Source: an uncultured Enterobacteriaceae bacterium (lineage in GTDB: Bacteria > Desulfobacterota > Binatia > Bin18). From it: a DNA stretch of 64,000 bases. Below are positions 37,958-49,105 of this stretch, in pieces (position 1 is the first letter of the stretch; each line of letters opens with the position of its first letter). Both the position numbers and the translations under genes were made by a program. The DNA is taken from NCBI GenBank assembly GCA_964441775.1, contig CAYTVL010000006.1:9312-73311 (forward strand). Reading direction: 5' to 3'. The notes beneath the pieces were generated by a model that searched no databases, was not told where the DNA came from, and saw only the letters and a list, made by a program, of their open reading frames with translations.

Positions 37958-40900
37958 ATGAACTGCTCGTCATGCGGCGCTGAGAATCGCGTTGGTCGCA
38001 AGTTCTGCGCCGCCTGTGGTGCGCCCCTCGCTGTGGCCTGTCCAGCCTGTAACGCCCTGAACGAACCTGGTGAGAAGTTCTGTGGCGAGTGCGGTGCGTC
38101 CTTGGGCGGGCAAGTTCCAAGTTCAAAGATCCGGGTTCCAAGTCCTCCCCAACCCCCAACACCTAACATCCAACCCCCAATTTCTTACACACCCAAACAT
38201 CTCGCCGAGAAAATTCTCCAGTCCAAGTCTGCACTCGAAGGCGAACGCAAACAGGTGACTGTGCTGTTTGCTGATGTGAAAGGCTCAATGGAGCTGGCCG
38301 AGCAGCTCGATCCCGAGGAGTGGCATCAAATCCTCGATCGCTTCTTTGCGATTCTCGCTGACGGCGTGCATCGCTTCGAGGGCACGGTGAACCAGTATAC
38401 CGGTGACGGGATCATGGCGTTGTTCGGCGCGCCCATTGCCCATGAGGATCACGCCCAGCGCGCCTGTTACGCCGCGCTGCACCTGCGCGAGGAGATCACC
38501 CGCTACGCCACCGAGGTCAAACGGCGGCACGGCGTCAGCTTCGCCGCCCGCATGGGGCTCAATTCCGGCGAGGTGATCGTTGGCAAGATCGGCGATGACC
38601 TGCGCATGGACTACACCGCGCAGGGGCATACGGTGGGCCTGGCCCAGCGCATGGAGAGTCTGGCTGAACCCAACACCTGTTACCTGAGTGCGGCCACGGC
38701 GCATTTAGTGACAGGTTTTTTCGCCCTCGACGACTTGGGTGCGTTCCAAGTGAAAGGCGTGTCCGAATCAGTCGATGTTTTCGTGTTGCGTGGTGTCGGA
38801 GCACTGCGGACACACTTCGACGCAGCACGGGCCCGTGGATTGAGTCGATTCGTGGGCCGGGAGGCGGACATGCAAGCGTTGGAAGATGCCTTGGCGCAAG
38901 CGCAAGCCGGGAATGGGCAGGTGGTGGGCGTCGTCGCCCCGCCGGGCATAGGCAAGAGTCGTCTGGGGTTCGAGTTCCTTGAACGCTGTCGGGCGCGGGG
39001 ACTGACAGTCAACGTGGGCCACGCCGTAGCGCATGGCAAAAACATCCCTCTCTTGCCGATGTTGGAAGTGTTCCGCAGTTACTATGGCATCACCGAAAGT
39101 GATCCTGACCGCGTAGTGCGCGAGAAGATCGCCGGACGCTTGTTGTTAATCGATGAGAGTTTCCGTGAGCTGCTGCCGGTGGTATTCGAGTTCTTCGGCG
39201 TGAGTGATCCACAACGACCCGTGCCGCGCATGGACCCCGAAGCCAAGCAGCGCCAGTTGTTTGCCGTACTCCGTAAGGTGGTGCGGACTAGCACGATGGA
39301 GCATCCCCTGATCACCCTGCTCGAAGACCTCCATTGGATCGATGCGGGCAGTGAAACTTTCTTGGAGCAGTGGATCGAGGCCACAGCGGGCAGCCGCAGT
39401 CTATTACTGGTGAATTTTCGCCCCGAGTATCATGCGGCCTGGATGAGCAAGTCATACTACCGACAGATTCCTTTAGCGCCGTTGGGAGAAGAAGCGGTAC
39501 GGGCCTTGCTCGATGACCTGCTGGGCCACGATGCGAGTATTGAGGGGTTGGCCACGCTGATTCACGAACGTACCGGCGGCAATCCCTTCTTCACCGAGGA
39601 AGTGGTGCAATCGCTGATCGGGTCTGGCGCGGTCCAAGGGACGCAAGGCAGCTACCGGTTGGTGATGCCGATCACGCAGCTCCAAGTACCGCCCACGGTA
39701 CAGGCGCTACTGTCTTCTCGTATTGATCGACTTGGGGAACGTGAGAAGCACGTGTTGCAAACGGCGGCGGTGATCGGTAAGGAGTTTTCTGAACCGTTGT
39801 TAGCCGGAGTATTATTCCCCCCCCTTTGAAAAAGGGGGGCCAGGGGGGATTTCTTCCGACGCACGACAAATCCCCCTCAATCCCCCTTTGCTAAGGGGAG
39901 AAGCTAACCTGCAAGCGGCGTTGCACGTCCTGAAAGACGCCGAGTTCCTCATCGAGCAGTCATTGTATCCTGTCGCGGAGTATACCTTCAAGCATCCACT
40001 CACCCAGGAGGTGGCCTATCGCTCGCAGTTGCAGGAGCGCAAACGCCGCACGCATGCTGCAGTGGCGCGAGCGATCGAGCAGCACGACGCCGAGCATCTC
40101 GACGAACGCGCTGCGTTGCTGGCCCATCACTACGAAGAAGCCGGGGATCTCGCTGCCGCCGCGCGCTGGCATCGCCGCGCTGCGGAGTGGGTGGGGCTCA
40201 ACGACATCAAGGCAGCGCTGCAACACTGGCAGCGGGTGCGGGAACTGGCCCGGAACGGAGGCGACACTCCGGAAGCAACGGCGCTTACGATCGTGGCATG
40301 TTCTCAGGCGCTCCCCCACGGCTGGCGCTTGGGGGCATCGGCGATGGAATGGGCAGAGCTGTTCACGGAAGGCTGCGCCGCAGCGGAGTGGGCTGGAGAT
40401 TTAGCGTCGTTGGCGACACTCAACGCTACCTACGGCATAGTACGTGGGCTCAACCTAGGACTTGTTCTTGACCTCGTGCGGTATGCTGGCAAGGCAGTCC
40501 GGGTCGCTGACAATTCGGGGGACGCCGCGCTGCGCTGCGGGACATCGTGCGTCCTTGCCTTTGCGCACGTGTACAATGGGCAGCTACGGGAGGCGGAACG
40601 TGTTGCCGACGAAGTCATCGCGTTAGCCCACGACGATGTTCACTTAGGCGTTCAAACCGTGGGTTTCAGTCCCTTGCTGGCGGCGCACCATATTCGTCAG
40701 CGTTGCATTGGATTCACACGTGGCCCAGCCGAGGCGCTGCGTGAACTTCCATGCTTGCGTCAGGTGGCGCTAGATAGTGGCTATCCAGAGCAGGCGCTTT
40801 GGATGTTATTGTGCGAAGGAGAACTGCACTACATCCTCGACAATCTTGGTGAAGGCCGGGGGCTGGTGCGCACAGCGGCGCGATTAGCCGAACCCCTTGG

Positions 40901-41480
40901 CATCGGTAACGAGATTAACGCGGCTCATGTCCTGTGCTCTACTTTTGCCTGTGAGAGCGAGTGGAAATCTCTACTGGACACAGCCGAGGACACGCTCCGT
41001 ACGATGCGTGACCGGGGCGTCCAACGGCTCTATGAACCGACGCTCCTCGCGTACATAGGCATCGCCCAACTCGCACTCGGCAACCTGGAGGCGGGTCGCG
41101 CCGTAGCGGCAGAGGGAGTTATGTTTATGCGCGAGTCACAGAGCGCATGGAACCCGCACTGCTACGCAGTGCTCATTCGCGCCCAACTTGCGATGAACGA
41201 GCCAGCAAGTGACATCACCAGCACGCTCGATGAATACGCGGCGCTGCTGGAATGCACGGGGTTTCACCTGTACGAGGGCGAGCTGCATGAACTGCGCGCG
41301 CAACTGGCTGAACGTGAAGGTCACGTGGCTGAAAAGACCGCCGCCCTGCAACGCGCTCACGAGTGCTACACACGCTTCGGCATGACTGCCCAGGCTGCGC
41401 GGGTGACGACAGGAAAGGCAAGCAAGAAAAATCAAAAGGCAAAGGGCAAAAGTCAAAAAGCAAAAATGCGGAGGACGTGA
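37958..41480 (+). pseudogene. Zinc-ribbon / class III adenylate-guanylate cyclase / AAA(STAND-like) ATPase / TPR regulator, split into two ORFs (37958-39829 and 39888-41480) at a C8 homopolymer
   Basis: Double Zn-ribbon (CSSCGAENRVGRKFCAACGAP...CPACN...CGECG). Cyclase homology domain ('VTVLFADVKGSME' and 'YTGDGIMALFGAP'). P-loop 'APPGIGKSRL'. C-terminal helical/TPR half continuing the same family. Removing one C from the C8 run at 39817-39824 fuses the frames. Confidence 0.7.
39814..39900. repeat. GC-homopolymer palindromic cassette (three stacked hairpins) inside the cyclase/STAND gene
   Basis: CCCCCCCC-TTTGAAAAA-GGGGGG, then GGGGGGA-n21-TCCCCCT, then TCCCCC-TTTGCTAA-GGGGA, directly readable. 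Contains the TGA that ends ORF1. Confidence 0.7.
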
Positions 41481-41515
41481 GACGGAAGGCGTGAGCAGAA
41501 CTAGAGACAAACCTC

Positions 41516-42886
41516 CTACGCCTGCTGCACGGCTTGAGCCAGTGTAGTTAAAGAGGTCTTGGCGTCACCGTAGAGCATGCCAGTATTCGCTTTGAAAAAC
41601 AGTGGATTTTCTAAGCCCGAGAAGCCTTTTCCTTTGCCGCGTTTGAGCACGATCACCGAGTGCGCTCGATCGACTTCAAGAATAGGCATGCCGGCGATCG
41701 GGCTTTGCGGATTATCCCGCGCGTCAGGATTGACCACATCGTTTGCCCCAATCACCACCGCCACATCCGTGGTGGGAAAGTCCGGGTTGATTTGCTCCAG
41801 CTCGTACAATAATGAATAAGGCACGTTCGCTTCGGCCAGCAGTACGTTCATGTGCCCCGGCATGCGCCCCGCCACTGGATGAATGGCGTATTTGACCGTG
41901 ACGCCGCGCGATTCAAGAAGGTCCGCTAGCTCCCGCACGGCATGCTGTGCTTGTGCGGTCGCCATGCCATAGCCGGGCACGAACACCACCTGCCGCGCAT
42001 AGGCCATTTGCACCGCTACATCTTCAGCCGCCACTTCTCGCATCACTCCGTCGGTCTGCGCACTCACCACTGCGGCTTCAGAACCAAAGGCGCCGAACAA
42101 GACGTTGTTCACCGAACGATTCATGGCCTTACACATGAGGATCGAGAGAATGAAGCCGGAAAATCCGTCGAGCGTACCGGCGATAATCAGCACGTTGTTG
42201 CCAATAGCAAATCCAGTCGCTGCCGAGGCGAGGCCCGCGTAAGAGTTCATCAGCGACATTACCACTGGCATATCTGCGGCCCCAATCGGGAGGACCAGCA
42301 ACACGCCAAACAGAAACGCGAGGCCGACCATGAAGTAAAAGAGCGGCCCGGCTCCGGGAAACACAATGAGCGAGAGAAACACGATCGCAGTAATCACAAA
42401 AAGCGAAATGTTAAAAACGTTTTGCCCCTTGTAGGTAATCGGGGCTCCTCGCACCAGTTCGCGCAGTTTTGCGAACGCCATGAGGCTGCCCGTCACCGTG
42501 ATGCCGCCGAACATCACCTCAAAACCGATGGCGGTCATTTTGAAGGAGCCCAGCGCGGCCCCGTGCCGGTAGTATTCGGAGATCCCCACCAACGCCGCCG
42601 CCAGAGCGCCAAAGGCGTGAGACAGCGCAGTTCGCTCTGGCATAGCGGTCATGGGCATCCAAATCGACATGGAGGAGCCGATGAGAGACCCGAGAATGAG
42701 ACCTGCAATAATCCAGTCGTAGCGAATGATCTCATGGCGCACGAGCGTGCCGATGATCGCCATCAGCATCCCCAATGCCGCGAGGTTCATTCCGCGTCGC
42801 GCCGTATCGGGATGACTCAGGGCTTTTAAGCCAAAAATAAACAGGATCGAAGCGGCGAGGTACGTAAATTCACTGAAATAGGCCAT
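41516..42886 (-). CDS. pntB: NAD(P) transhydrogenase subunit beta
   Basis: Multi-TM N-terminus and a C-terminal NADP(H)-binding domain. 456 aa. Confidence 0.9.
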   Translation of the reverse strand: MAYFSEFTYLAASILFIFGLKALSHPDTARRGMNLAALGMLMAIIGTLVRHEIIRYDWIIAGLILGSLIGSSMSIWMPMTAMPERTALSHAFGALAAALVGISEYYRHGAALGSFKMTAIGFEVMFGGITVTGSLMAFAKLRELVRGAPITYKGQNVFNISLFVITAIVFLSLIVFPGAGPLFYFMVGLAFLFGVLLVLPIGAADMPVVMSLMNSYAGLASAATGFAIGNNVLIIAGTLDGFSGFILSILMCKAMNRSVNNVLFGAFGSEAAVVSAQTDGVMREVAAEDVAVQMAYARQVVFVPGYGMATAQAQHAVRELADLLESRGVTVKYAIHPVAGRMPGHMNVLLAEANVPYSLLYELEQINPDFPTTDVAVVIGANDVVNPDARDNPQSPIAGMPILEVDRAHSVIVLKRGKGKGFSGLENPLFFKANTGMLYGDAKTSLTTLAQAVQQA

Positions 42887-42913
42887 CCGTAATACTCCTC
42901 ACTCCTCGTTTCA

Positions 42914-43213
42914 CTAATGTTGAATCTGTTCTTTTCGGCGAAACATCTTCAACATGCGGTCCGTAATCATGAAGCCGCCGACCACGTTGATGGTCGCCGC
43001 CACCACGGCGATGAACCCGAGCGCCGTGCTTACAGGATTGTAATCCCCGCCTGCGGTTACCAGCGAACCGACCAGTGAGATCGCGGAAATGGCGTTGGTG
43101 GCGGACATCAACGGCGTGTGCAGGAGCGGCGGGACGCGGGAAATCACTTGATAGCCAAGAAACGCCGCCAGGGCGAACACATAGAGTGAGGCCATTAATA
43201 CTTCTGGATTCAC
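42914..43213 (-). CDS. pntA: NAD(P) transhydrogenase subunit alpha part 2 (membrane domain)
   Basis: 99-aa, 3-TM protein between the alpha-1 and beta genes. Confidence 0.85.
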   Translation of the reverse strand: MNPEVLMASLYVFALAAFLGYQVISRVPPLLHTPLMSATNAISAISLVGSLVTAGGDYNPVSTALGFIAVVAATINVVGGFMITDRMLKMFRRKEQIQH

Positions 43214-43249
43214 GAGCAGCTCTCTCCTTCTTCTCCTGACTTCATTGGC

Positions 43250-44392
43250 TTAATTGTTTACTTCTTCAAGAGCGGCGGCGACGCGAGGATTGAGGGCTTT
43301 GCCCGCATGAGCCACACAGGACGGACCAAGGATATCGTCTTCCAAGTTGACCCGCAGTTCTCCATTGTCAATCAGCAACGCCAAGAAAGCGGTCACATTC
43401 CGCGAGAACAACTGACTCGCGTGCACGGGCACGGTAGCGGCCAGGTTTAACGGCGCCAGGATAGTGACGCCCTCGTGATTGACCGCTTCGTCCGGTTTCG
43501 TGAACGCACAGTTGCCGCCTGACGCCCCCGCCAAATCTATGATAACCGAGCCCCGCTTCATCCCGGCAACGGCTTCTTCAGTCACCAAGAGCGGAGCGGC
43601 GCGGCCTGGGACTTGCGCGGAGGTAATAATGCAGTCAGCGGTGCGCGCCGTTTTGGCGATGAGGGCGCGACTTCGATCCATAACCTCCTCCCCAACTTCT
43701 TTGGCGTAACCACCGGCGTCTTCCGTTTGCAGACCGCCAAGGTCAACCTCAAGAAACGTCGCCCCGAGTGACCGCACCGCTTCTCCCGCAGCGGCGCGAA
43801 TATCGAACCCTTCCACAACAGCCCCGAGCCGTCGAGCCGTGGCGATGGCTTGGAGTCCGGCAACTCCCGCGCCGAGCACCAGCACACGGGCTGGTGGCAC
43901 CGTCCCAGCGGCGGTCATCAACATGGGGAACATGCGGGGCAGGCGCTCAGCCGCCATCAACACCGCTTTGTAGCCCACAATCGTCGCCATTGAAGAAAGT
44001 CCATCCATTGCTTGGGCCCGAGTAATACGAGGGACAAGCTCCACAGCAAACGCTGTCAGCCCACGCGCAACCACAGGGGCAAATGCAGCCGGTTCATCCA
44101 ACGGTCGTAGAAATCCAAAAAGCACGGCTCCCGTTTTCAAATGGCGGAGATCTTCCTCAGACGGTCGATTGACGCTCACGAGCACATCTGCGGTCTCTAG
44201 CAGCCGTGCTCGATCCTGGGAAACAGCAGCGCCAACGGCTTTGTAATCCTGGTCGCTAGCGCCGGCGGCGATCCCCGCCTCACTTTCAATAGCGACGGCG
44301 GCTTTCAGCGCCACTAACTTCTTGACGGACTCAGGGACCAGCGCGACTCGGGTTTCACGCTCTGCCGTTTCTTTTAGTACCGCGATCTGCAT
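43250..44392 (-). CDS. pntA: NAD(P) transhydrogenase subunit alpha part 1 (alanine-dehydrogenase-like dI domain)
   Basis: Rossmann 'VLVLGAGVAGLQAIATARRLGAVV'. 380 aa. Confidence 0.9.
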   Translation of the reverse strand: MQIAVLKETAERETRVALVPESVKKLVALKAAVAIESEAGIAAGASDQDYKAVGAAVSQDRARLLETADVLVSVNRPSEEDLRHLKTGAVLFGFLRPLDEPAAFAPVVARGLTAFAVELVPRITRAQAMDGLSSMATIVGYKAVLMAAERLPRMFPMLMTAAGTVPPARVLVLGAGVAGLQAIATARRLGAVVEGFDIRAAAGEAVRSLGATFLEVDLGGLQTEDAGGYAKEVGEEVMDRSRALIAKTARTADCIITSAQVPGRAAPLLVTEEAVAGMKRGSVIIDLAGASGGNCAFTKPDEAVNHEGVTILAPLNLAATVPVHASQLFSRNVTAFLALLIDNGELRVNLEDDILGPSCVAHAGKALNPRVAAALEEVNN

Positions 44393-44632
44393 TACTCCTC
44401 CTTCCTAGCTCCTCTGTCCACGAGACCTCATGAGGTAAATGGAGAATGCTTCTCTTTTTAAAATTGAAAGTGAAGCGAAGCGACAAAAAGTGCAAGGCCG
44501 GTCGATGTTCTTCTACTTTTCAACCGCCACCAATCGTCGGGCGGAGGAGGAGCAATCTAGAGATTTAGGGGTTGGCGCCGATGTCCTTTTTGGCGCCCAA
44601 ACAGTCGGGGGCGTCTCTTCAGAGGAGGAACG

Positions 44633-46294
44633 ATGAAGACTCGTGTCGCCGTTGCTGTTAAAAAGCCCGATCGTGACGCAACCAAAAAGCGATCACCTCA
44701 ACCGCCACGGCTGAAAAAACTCGTCGCGCTCGGAGTGCTGTTGCCGTTCGTCGTCGGCATGGTCGTGCTGTGGTGGTGGAGCACAGGGCTCCAGCAGCAA
44801 CAGCTTGAGGCAGCAGCCCTTGCACAGGCTCAAGCTTACGTCCAAGCCTTACGGGAAACAGGCAGCATCTACGCAGCCGACTCAGGAAACCACGCAAAAG
44901 CGAATTTTTCTGTTTTGTTAACGAAATCCGCGGATGGGGTAAAAACTCAGGAGACTGCGATTACCAGACGGTTGCACTTCAAAGAATCGGCTCCTGGGCA
45001 AGGAAAAAATAACGAAGCGGCCAGCGAATTCATACAAGGAGCATGGACCACCCTGTCAGCCAACCCCGGACAAGATTCGTGGCGCTTCGAGGACCGACAC
45101 GGGCAACCTACGCTTCACTATGCCACAGAATGGAAAGAAGGCGAGACCAAAGGGATTATAGAGCTTCTCGTGCCGATGGATCGCCTGGAGTCTTCGTTCT
45201 CACAGTATCGCTTGATGCTCCTAGGCTTAGGTGGCGTCGTCGGGCTACTTAGCCTTGGCTGGCTGATGTTCTCGCAGCGCACCGTCCGGCAAGAGGCGTG
45301 GGAAGCAAAGTCACGCTTTTTGATTCTTGAACGCGATCACCTCGAACAGGAGAAGCGCCTGCTGACCTACGCGCGCGAACAGCAGGAAAGAAAGCAAGAA
45401 GAAACAATAGTCTACAGTATCACCGACATGCTCGCCACGGTCACGAGCGATCTCTTACAAGTGACCACCGAGCTCGCGTCCGGCGCTGCGGAAATGGCGG
45501 CTGGCGTCAATCAGACAACCGCTACTGGAGAAGAAGTCCAACGCACGGCGGCGCTCTCTCATCAAAAGGCGCAAGACGTCGCAGCGGCTGCTCAACATGC
45601 CGCCCAAGTAGCGCAAGCCGGAAAACAAGCTACTGAGGACACGACCAAAGAGATGCAGCGGATTCGTGATCAGATGCGGTCGATTACGGAAAGCACGGTG
45701 CAACTGAGCGAGCAGGGCCAGACCGTCCGTGAGATCATCGATACGGTGAATGATCTGGCCGAGCAGTCGAACGTGCTGGCCATTAACGCCGCCATCGAAG
45801 CGCAGAAAGCCGGGGTGCACGGCAACGGCTTTGTCATCGTGGCCCAAGAAGTACGCAGCCTCGCCCAACAGTCAAAAGACGCCACCGCGCAAGTGCGAGA
45901 GATTCTCAACGACATCGAGAACGCCACCAGTAGCGCCGTACAAATCACCACCCAAGGCGAGAAAGCTGCTGAAGCCGGCACGCAGCAGGCAATTGAAGCT
46001 GGAGAAGCGATTCGCTTATTGTTCCAGAGCGCGCAAGAGTCGGCGCAAAGCGCCGCGCAGATTGCTGCGTCCAGTCAACAGCAAATGCTTGGCATCGAGC
46101 AACTCGTTCGCGCCATGCACTCCATGCAGGACAGTAGTGCTCAGACGATGACCAACGCGCAACAAGTCGAGCACTGCGTCCAGCGCTTGCAAGAATTAGA
46201 TCAGCGCCTTAGGGCATTAAGCGAACAGCTCGGCGGAGACGCGTCGGTCCATGCGACGCCACCCGAGCAAGCAGAGTTGGCAAAAGCCGCGTAA
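44633..46294 (+). CDS. Methyl-accepting chemotaxis protein
   Basis: N-terminal TM helix, a periplasmic domain, a second TM helix and a C-terminal signalling domain with 'LAEQSNVLAINAAIEAQKAG'. Confidence 0.85.
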   Translation: MKTRVAVAVKKPDRDATKKRSPQPPRLKKLVALGVLLPFVVGMVVLWWWSTGLQQQQLEAAALAQAQAYVQALRETGSIYAADSGNHAKANFSVLLTKSADGVKTQETAITRRLHFKESAPGQGKNNEAASEFIQGAWTTLSANPGQDSWRFEDRHGQPTLHYATEWKEGETKGIIELLVPMDRLESSFSQYRLMLLGLGGVVGLLSLGWLMFSQRTVRQEAWEAKSRFLILERDHLEQEKRLLTYAREQQERKQEETIVYSITDMLATVTSDLLQVTTELASGAAEMAAGVNQTTATGEEVQRTAALSHQKAQDVAAAAQHAAQVAQAGKQATEDTTKEMQRIRDQMRSITESTVQLSEQGQTVREIIDTVNDLAEQSNVLAINAAIEAQKAGVHGNGFVIVAQEVRSLAQQSKDATAQVREILNDIENATSSAVQITTQGEKAAEAGTQQAIEAGEAIRLLFQSAQESAQSAAQIAASSQQQMLGIEQLVRAMHSMQDSSAQTMTNAQQVEHCVQRLQELDQRLRALSEQLGGDASVHATPPEQAELAKAA

Positions 46295-46340
46295 AGACGC
46301 CCGTCACGTTGGTCTGGTGGGAGTCGTCTTAAACGTGCTC

Positions 46341-46850
46341 ATGGAAACGCCGATACACAAAGCGGAAATCCCTGTCACCATGGAAACTGCGAATGCTCTT
46401 CTTGTTTGTACTCTGGATGCGCACCAGTGCGCCTTTCGTCTGGACATCGTACAACGGGTCGTCCGCGCCGCCGCGCTCACTCCGCTTCCTAAAGCCCCGA
46501 AGAGCGTCCTCGGCGTCGTGAATGTCGCCGGACAACTGGTTCCGGTTTTCAATCTTCGTCAACGCTTTGGTTTGCCCGCGCGAGAACTAGAGCCCACCGA
46601 TTGCTTTGTGATCGTCCGCGCCGTGCGTTTTTCTCTGATCTTCGTGGTCGACACGGTTGTTGAAGTCCGCGAACACGAATCGGAGAAAAAAATGCCGCTC
46701 AAACACCTCTTGCCCAAGGCGAGTGTGAGCGCCGGCGTGGAATGTTTCGGGAGTGGACTGATTGTTATCAACACCGTTAATTCGTTTCTTTTAGCCGAAG
46801 AGGAACGCCTGTTGACCAAGACGCTGCCCGGCATTCAGGAGGTCCGGTAA
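46341..46850 (+). CDS. cheW: CheW-like coupling protein
   Basis: CheW domain ('VLGVVNVAGQLVPVFNLRQRFGL'). Start set at ATG 46341, just after the MCP stop. Confidence 0.8.
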   Translation: METPIHKAEIPVTMETANALLVCTLDAHQCAFRLDIVQRVVRAAALTPLPKAPKSVLGVVNVAGQLVPVFNLRQRFGLPARELEPTDCFVIVRAVRFSLIFVVDTVVEVREHESEKKMPLKHLLPKASVSAGVECFGSGLIVINTVNSFLLAEEERLLTKTLPGIQEVR

Positions 46851-46851
46851 A

Positions 46852-48408
46852 TTGAGCGCCAGCCTCTCTCCTCAGGTGCTCGCGCAACTGAGCCAGCGCA
46901 TCGAAGCGTGGATGGGCGTCTATTTTCCCCTGGAACGCTGGCCGGATCTTGAGCGCAAGCTGCACGAAGCCGCAGCCGACTTCGGCTGTGTTGATGTAGA
47001 GGAGTGCGCTCGCTTGCTCACGACTGCTCCAATTACAAAACACCAGCTTGATGTGTTGGCGACCACGCTCACCGTGGGAGAAACCTATTTCTTTCGTGAA
47101 CCAAGCAGCCTGGAAATTGTCGAACGCGACCTCCTGCCAAAATTGTTGCAAGAGCGGCGCGCCGTTGACCAACGTCTCCGGGTCTGGAGCGCAGCGTGTT
47201 GCACGGGAGAAGAGCCCTATTCCATCGCGATCATGCTCCATCGCTTGTTGCCTGATCTGCCTTCTTGGAAGCTGACGTTGCTCGCCACGGACATTAACCC
47301 GAGATTTTTGCAGAAAGCAACTGAAGGCGCATATGGCCAGTGGTCGTTTCGCACCGTGTCCCCCACTTTACAAGAGCAGTATTTTTGCCGGACGCCAAGC
47401 GGACGCTACGCTATTCAGCCGGTGCTCAAACAGATGGTGAAGTTCGCCCGACTCAACCTGGCGGAAGACCAGTATCCTTCTCCCCTGAATGACACCACCG
47501 GCATGGATATCATCTTTTGCCGAAACGTCTTGATTTATTTTGCTGCGGAGCGGACCAAGCGCGTAATTGAGAATTTCTATCGCGCCCTCGCCGTCGGCGG
47601 CTGGTTCATCGTGAGCGCCGTGGAGACCGCGCTGGTGATGGACTCTCCCTTTACTCCGGTCCAGTTCCCTGGCGTGACTCTGTTCCGCAAAGATCCAGAG
47701 CGACTCTCGCTTTCTGTGCCAGCCGCCTCATTTCTCGGTGAGCCCACGCTTGAGCCGTCCGCGCCGCCAAGCCCGGCGCTCTCCGTCGCCGAGACGTTGG
47801 AAAAATTTTTCAACGTTGTCTCCGCGGCTTCTTTCGAGCACGACATTCATCAAGCCGAAACTGCTCCGTCAGAACTGCCACAAACGCTCACGCTTCAGAC
47901 GTATGAAGAGGCCCAGTATCTGTACACAGGGGGCCGCTATGCGGAGGCCATCGAGAAACTGTCCGCCATTTGTTGGGATGGACCGGCGGAGACGTTCCCC
48001 TTTCCAGCGGCGCGCGAACAAGGCATGACGTTGCTTACTCGCGCGTATGCCAATCAAGGGCAACTCGCCGAAGCACAATTGTGGTGCGACCGGGCGCTCG
48101 CGGTGAACACGCTCGATCCTGTGCTTCACTATTTGCGCGCCACGATTGCGCTAGAGTACGGGCAGGAGACCGAAGCCCTGTCTTCGCTGACTCGCGCCGT
48201 GTCACTTGACCAACGCTTTGTCCTCGCCCATTTCGTCCTGGGCGTTCTAGCGCGCCAACGTCACAACCAGCAGGAAGCACGGGAGCATTTTTCCGCGGCG
48301 CTGACGCTTTTGCGCCAACATCATCCAGACGACGTTCTGCCGCATTCCGAAGGGATGTCGGCGGGCCGACTGGCTCACATCCTCGTGGAGATGAACAAGG
48401 AACAGTAA
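46852..48408 (+). CDS. cheR: Chemotaxis methyltransferase CheR with C-terminal TPR repeats
   Basis: CheR N-terminal helical domain and an SAM-MTase domain ('RVWSAACCTGEEPYSIAIML' and 'DIIFCRNVLIYF'). The C-terminal ~150 aa are TPR-like. Confidence 0.85.
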   Translation: MSASLSPQVLAQLSQRIEAWMGVYFPLERWPDLERKLHEAAADFGCVDVEECARLLTTAPITKHQLDVLATTLTVGETYFFREPSSLEIVERDLLPKLLQERRAVDQRLRVWSAACCTGEEPYSIAIMLHRLLPDLPSWKLTLLATDINPRFLQKATEGAYGQWSFRTVSPTLQEQYFCRTPSGRYAIQPVLKQMVKFARLNLAEDQYPSPLNDTTGMDIIFCRNVLIYFAAERTKRVIENFYRALAVGGWFIVSAVETALVMDSPFTPVQFPGVTLFRKDPERLSLSVPAASFLGEPTLEPSAPPSPALSVAETLEKFFNVVSAASFEHDIHQAETAPSELPQTLTLQTYEEAQYLYTGGRYAEAIEKLSAICWDGPAETFPFPAAREQGMTLLTRAYANQGQLAEAQLWCDRALAVNTLDPVLHYLRATIALEYGQETEALSSLTRAVSLDQRFVLAHFVLGVLARQRHNQQEAREHFSAALTLLRQHHPDDVLPHSEGMSAGRLAHILVEMNKEQ

Positions 48409-48413
48409 CGGAA

Positions 48414-49046
48414 GTGACACGTATGAAAAGGGATAATCTTTCCGCCACCCTCGCACCTGAGCAAGCTGCCGCCGTTCCGGCTGCGACGCCGAGCGATACT
48501 GAATATATGTTGACACTGACTCCTCAACAAAAGCAATGCATTTTAGCAGAGCGCGCCGTTGCGCTCGCGCAAGGCAAGGAGAAAGACGCCGAACAAGGAG
48601 CAACGCTGCGCCTCGTCGAGTTTACACTCGCCCAACAGCGCTACGCCGTCGAGACTTGTTATGTCCGAGAAGTGCAGCATGTCACGAGCATTACCCCGAT
48701 CCCTTGTACGCCGGTCTTTGTGTTAGGCGTGATCGGCGTCCGAGGACGCATTCTTTCGGTGATTGATCTGCTGGCGTTTTTCGATCATCCCCAGGCTCGC
48801 GTTTCAGAAGGCGGTACGGTGATCGTCTTCGGGACGGAAGAACTCGAAGTCGGAGTGCTTGTGGATGGTATTCTCGGCGCACACACCGTCTCCTTGCAGG
48901 ACATCCGTTCCGCGCCTGCGGGTCTCTCCAGCATCCGCCGAGAATACTTACGGGGCGTCGGGAAGGAGCAACTGCTCTTGCTGGATATCGAGCGACTGTT
49001 CTCGGACGAGCGCATGCTCATCGGTGCCGACGAGACAGAGATCTGA
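48414..49046 (+). CDS. cheW: CheW-like coupling protein (second copy)
   Basis: CheW domain ('FVLGVIGVRGRILSVIDLLAFF'). Confidence 0.8.
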   Translation: MTRMKRDNLSATLAPEQAAAVPAATPSDTEYMLTLTPQQKQCILAERAVALAQGKEKDAEQGATLRLVEFTLAQQRYAVETCYVREVQHVTSITPIPCTPVFVLGVIGVRGRILSVIDLLAFFDHPQARVSEGGTVIVFGTEELEVGVLVDGILGAHTVSLQDIRSAPAGLSSIRREYLRGVGKEQLLLLDIERLFSDERMLIGADETEI

Positions 49047-49105
49047 AATGAATAAGTTTGCCGCCAGGCGGGACACCGCAACTTACGGAAAAGAGGAATC
49101 TCTCT

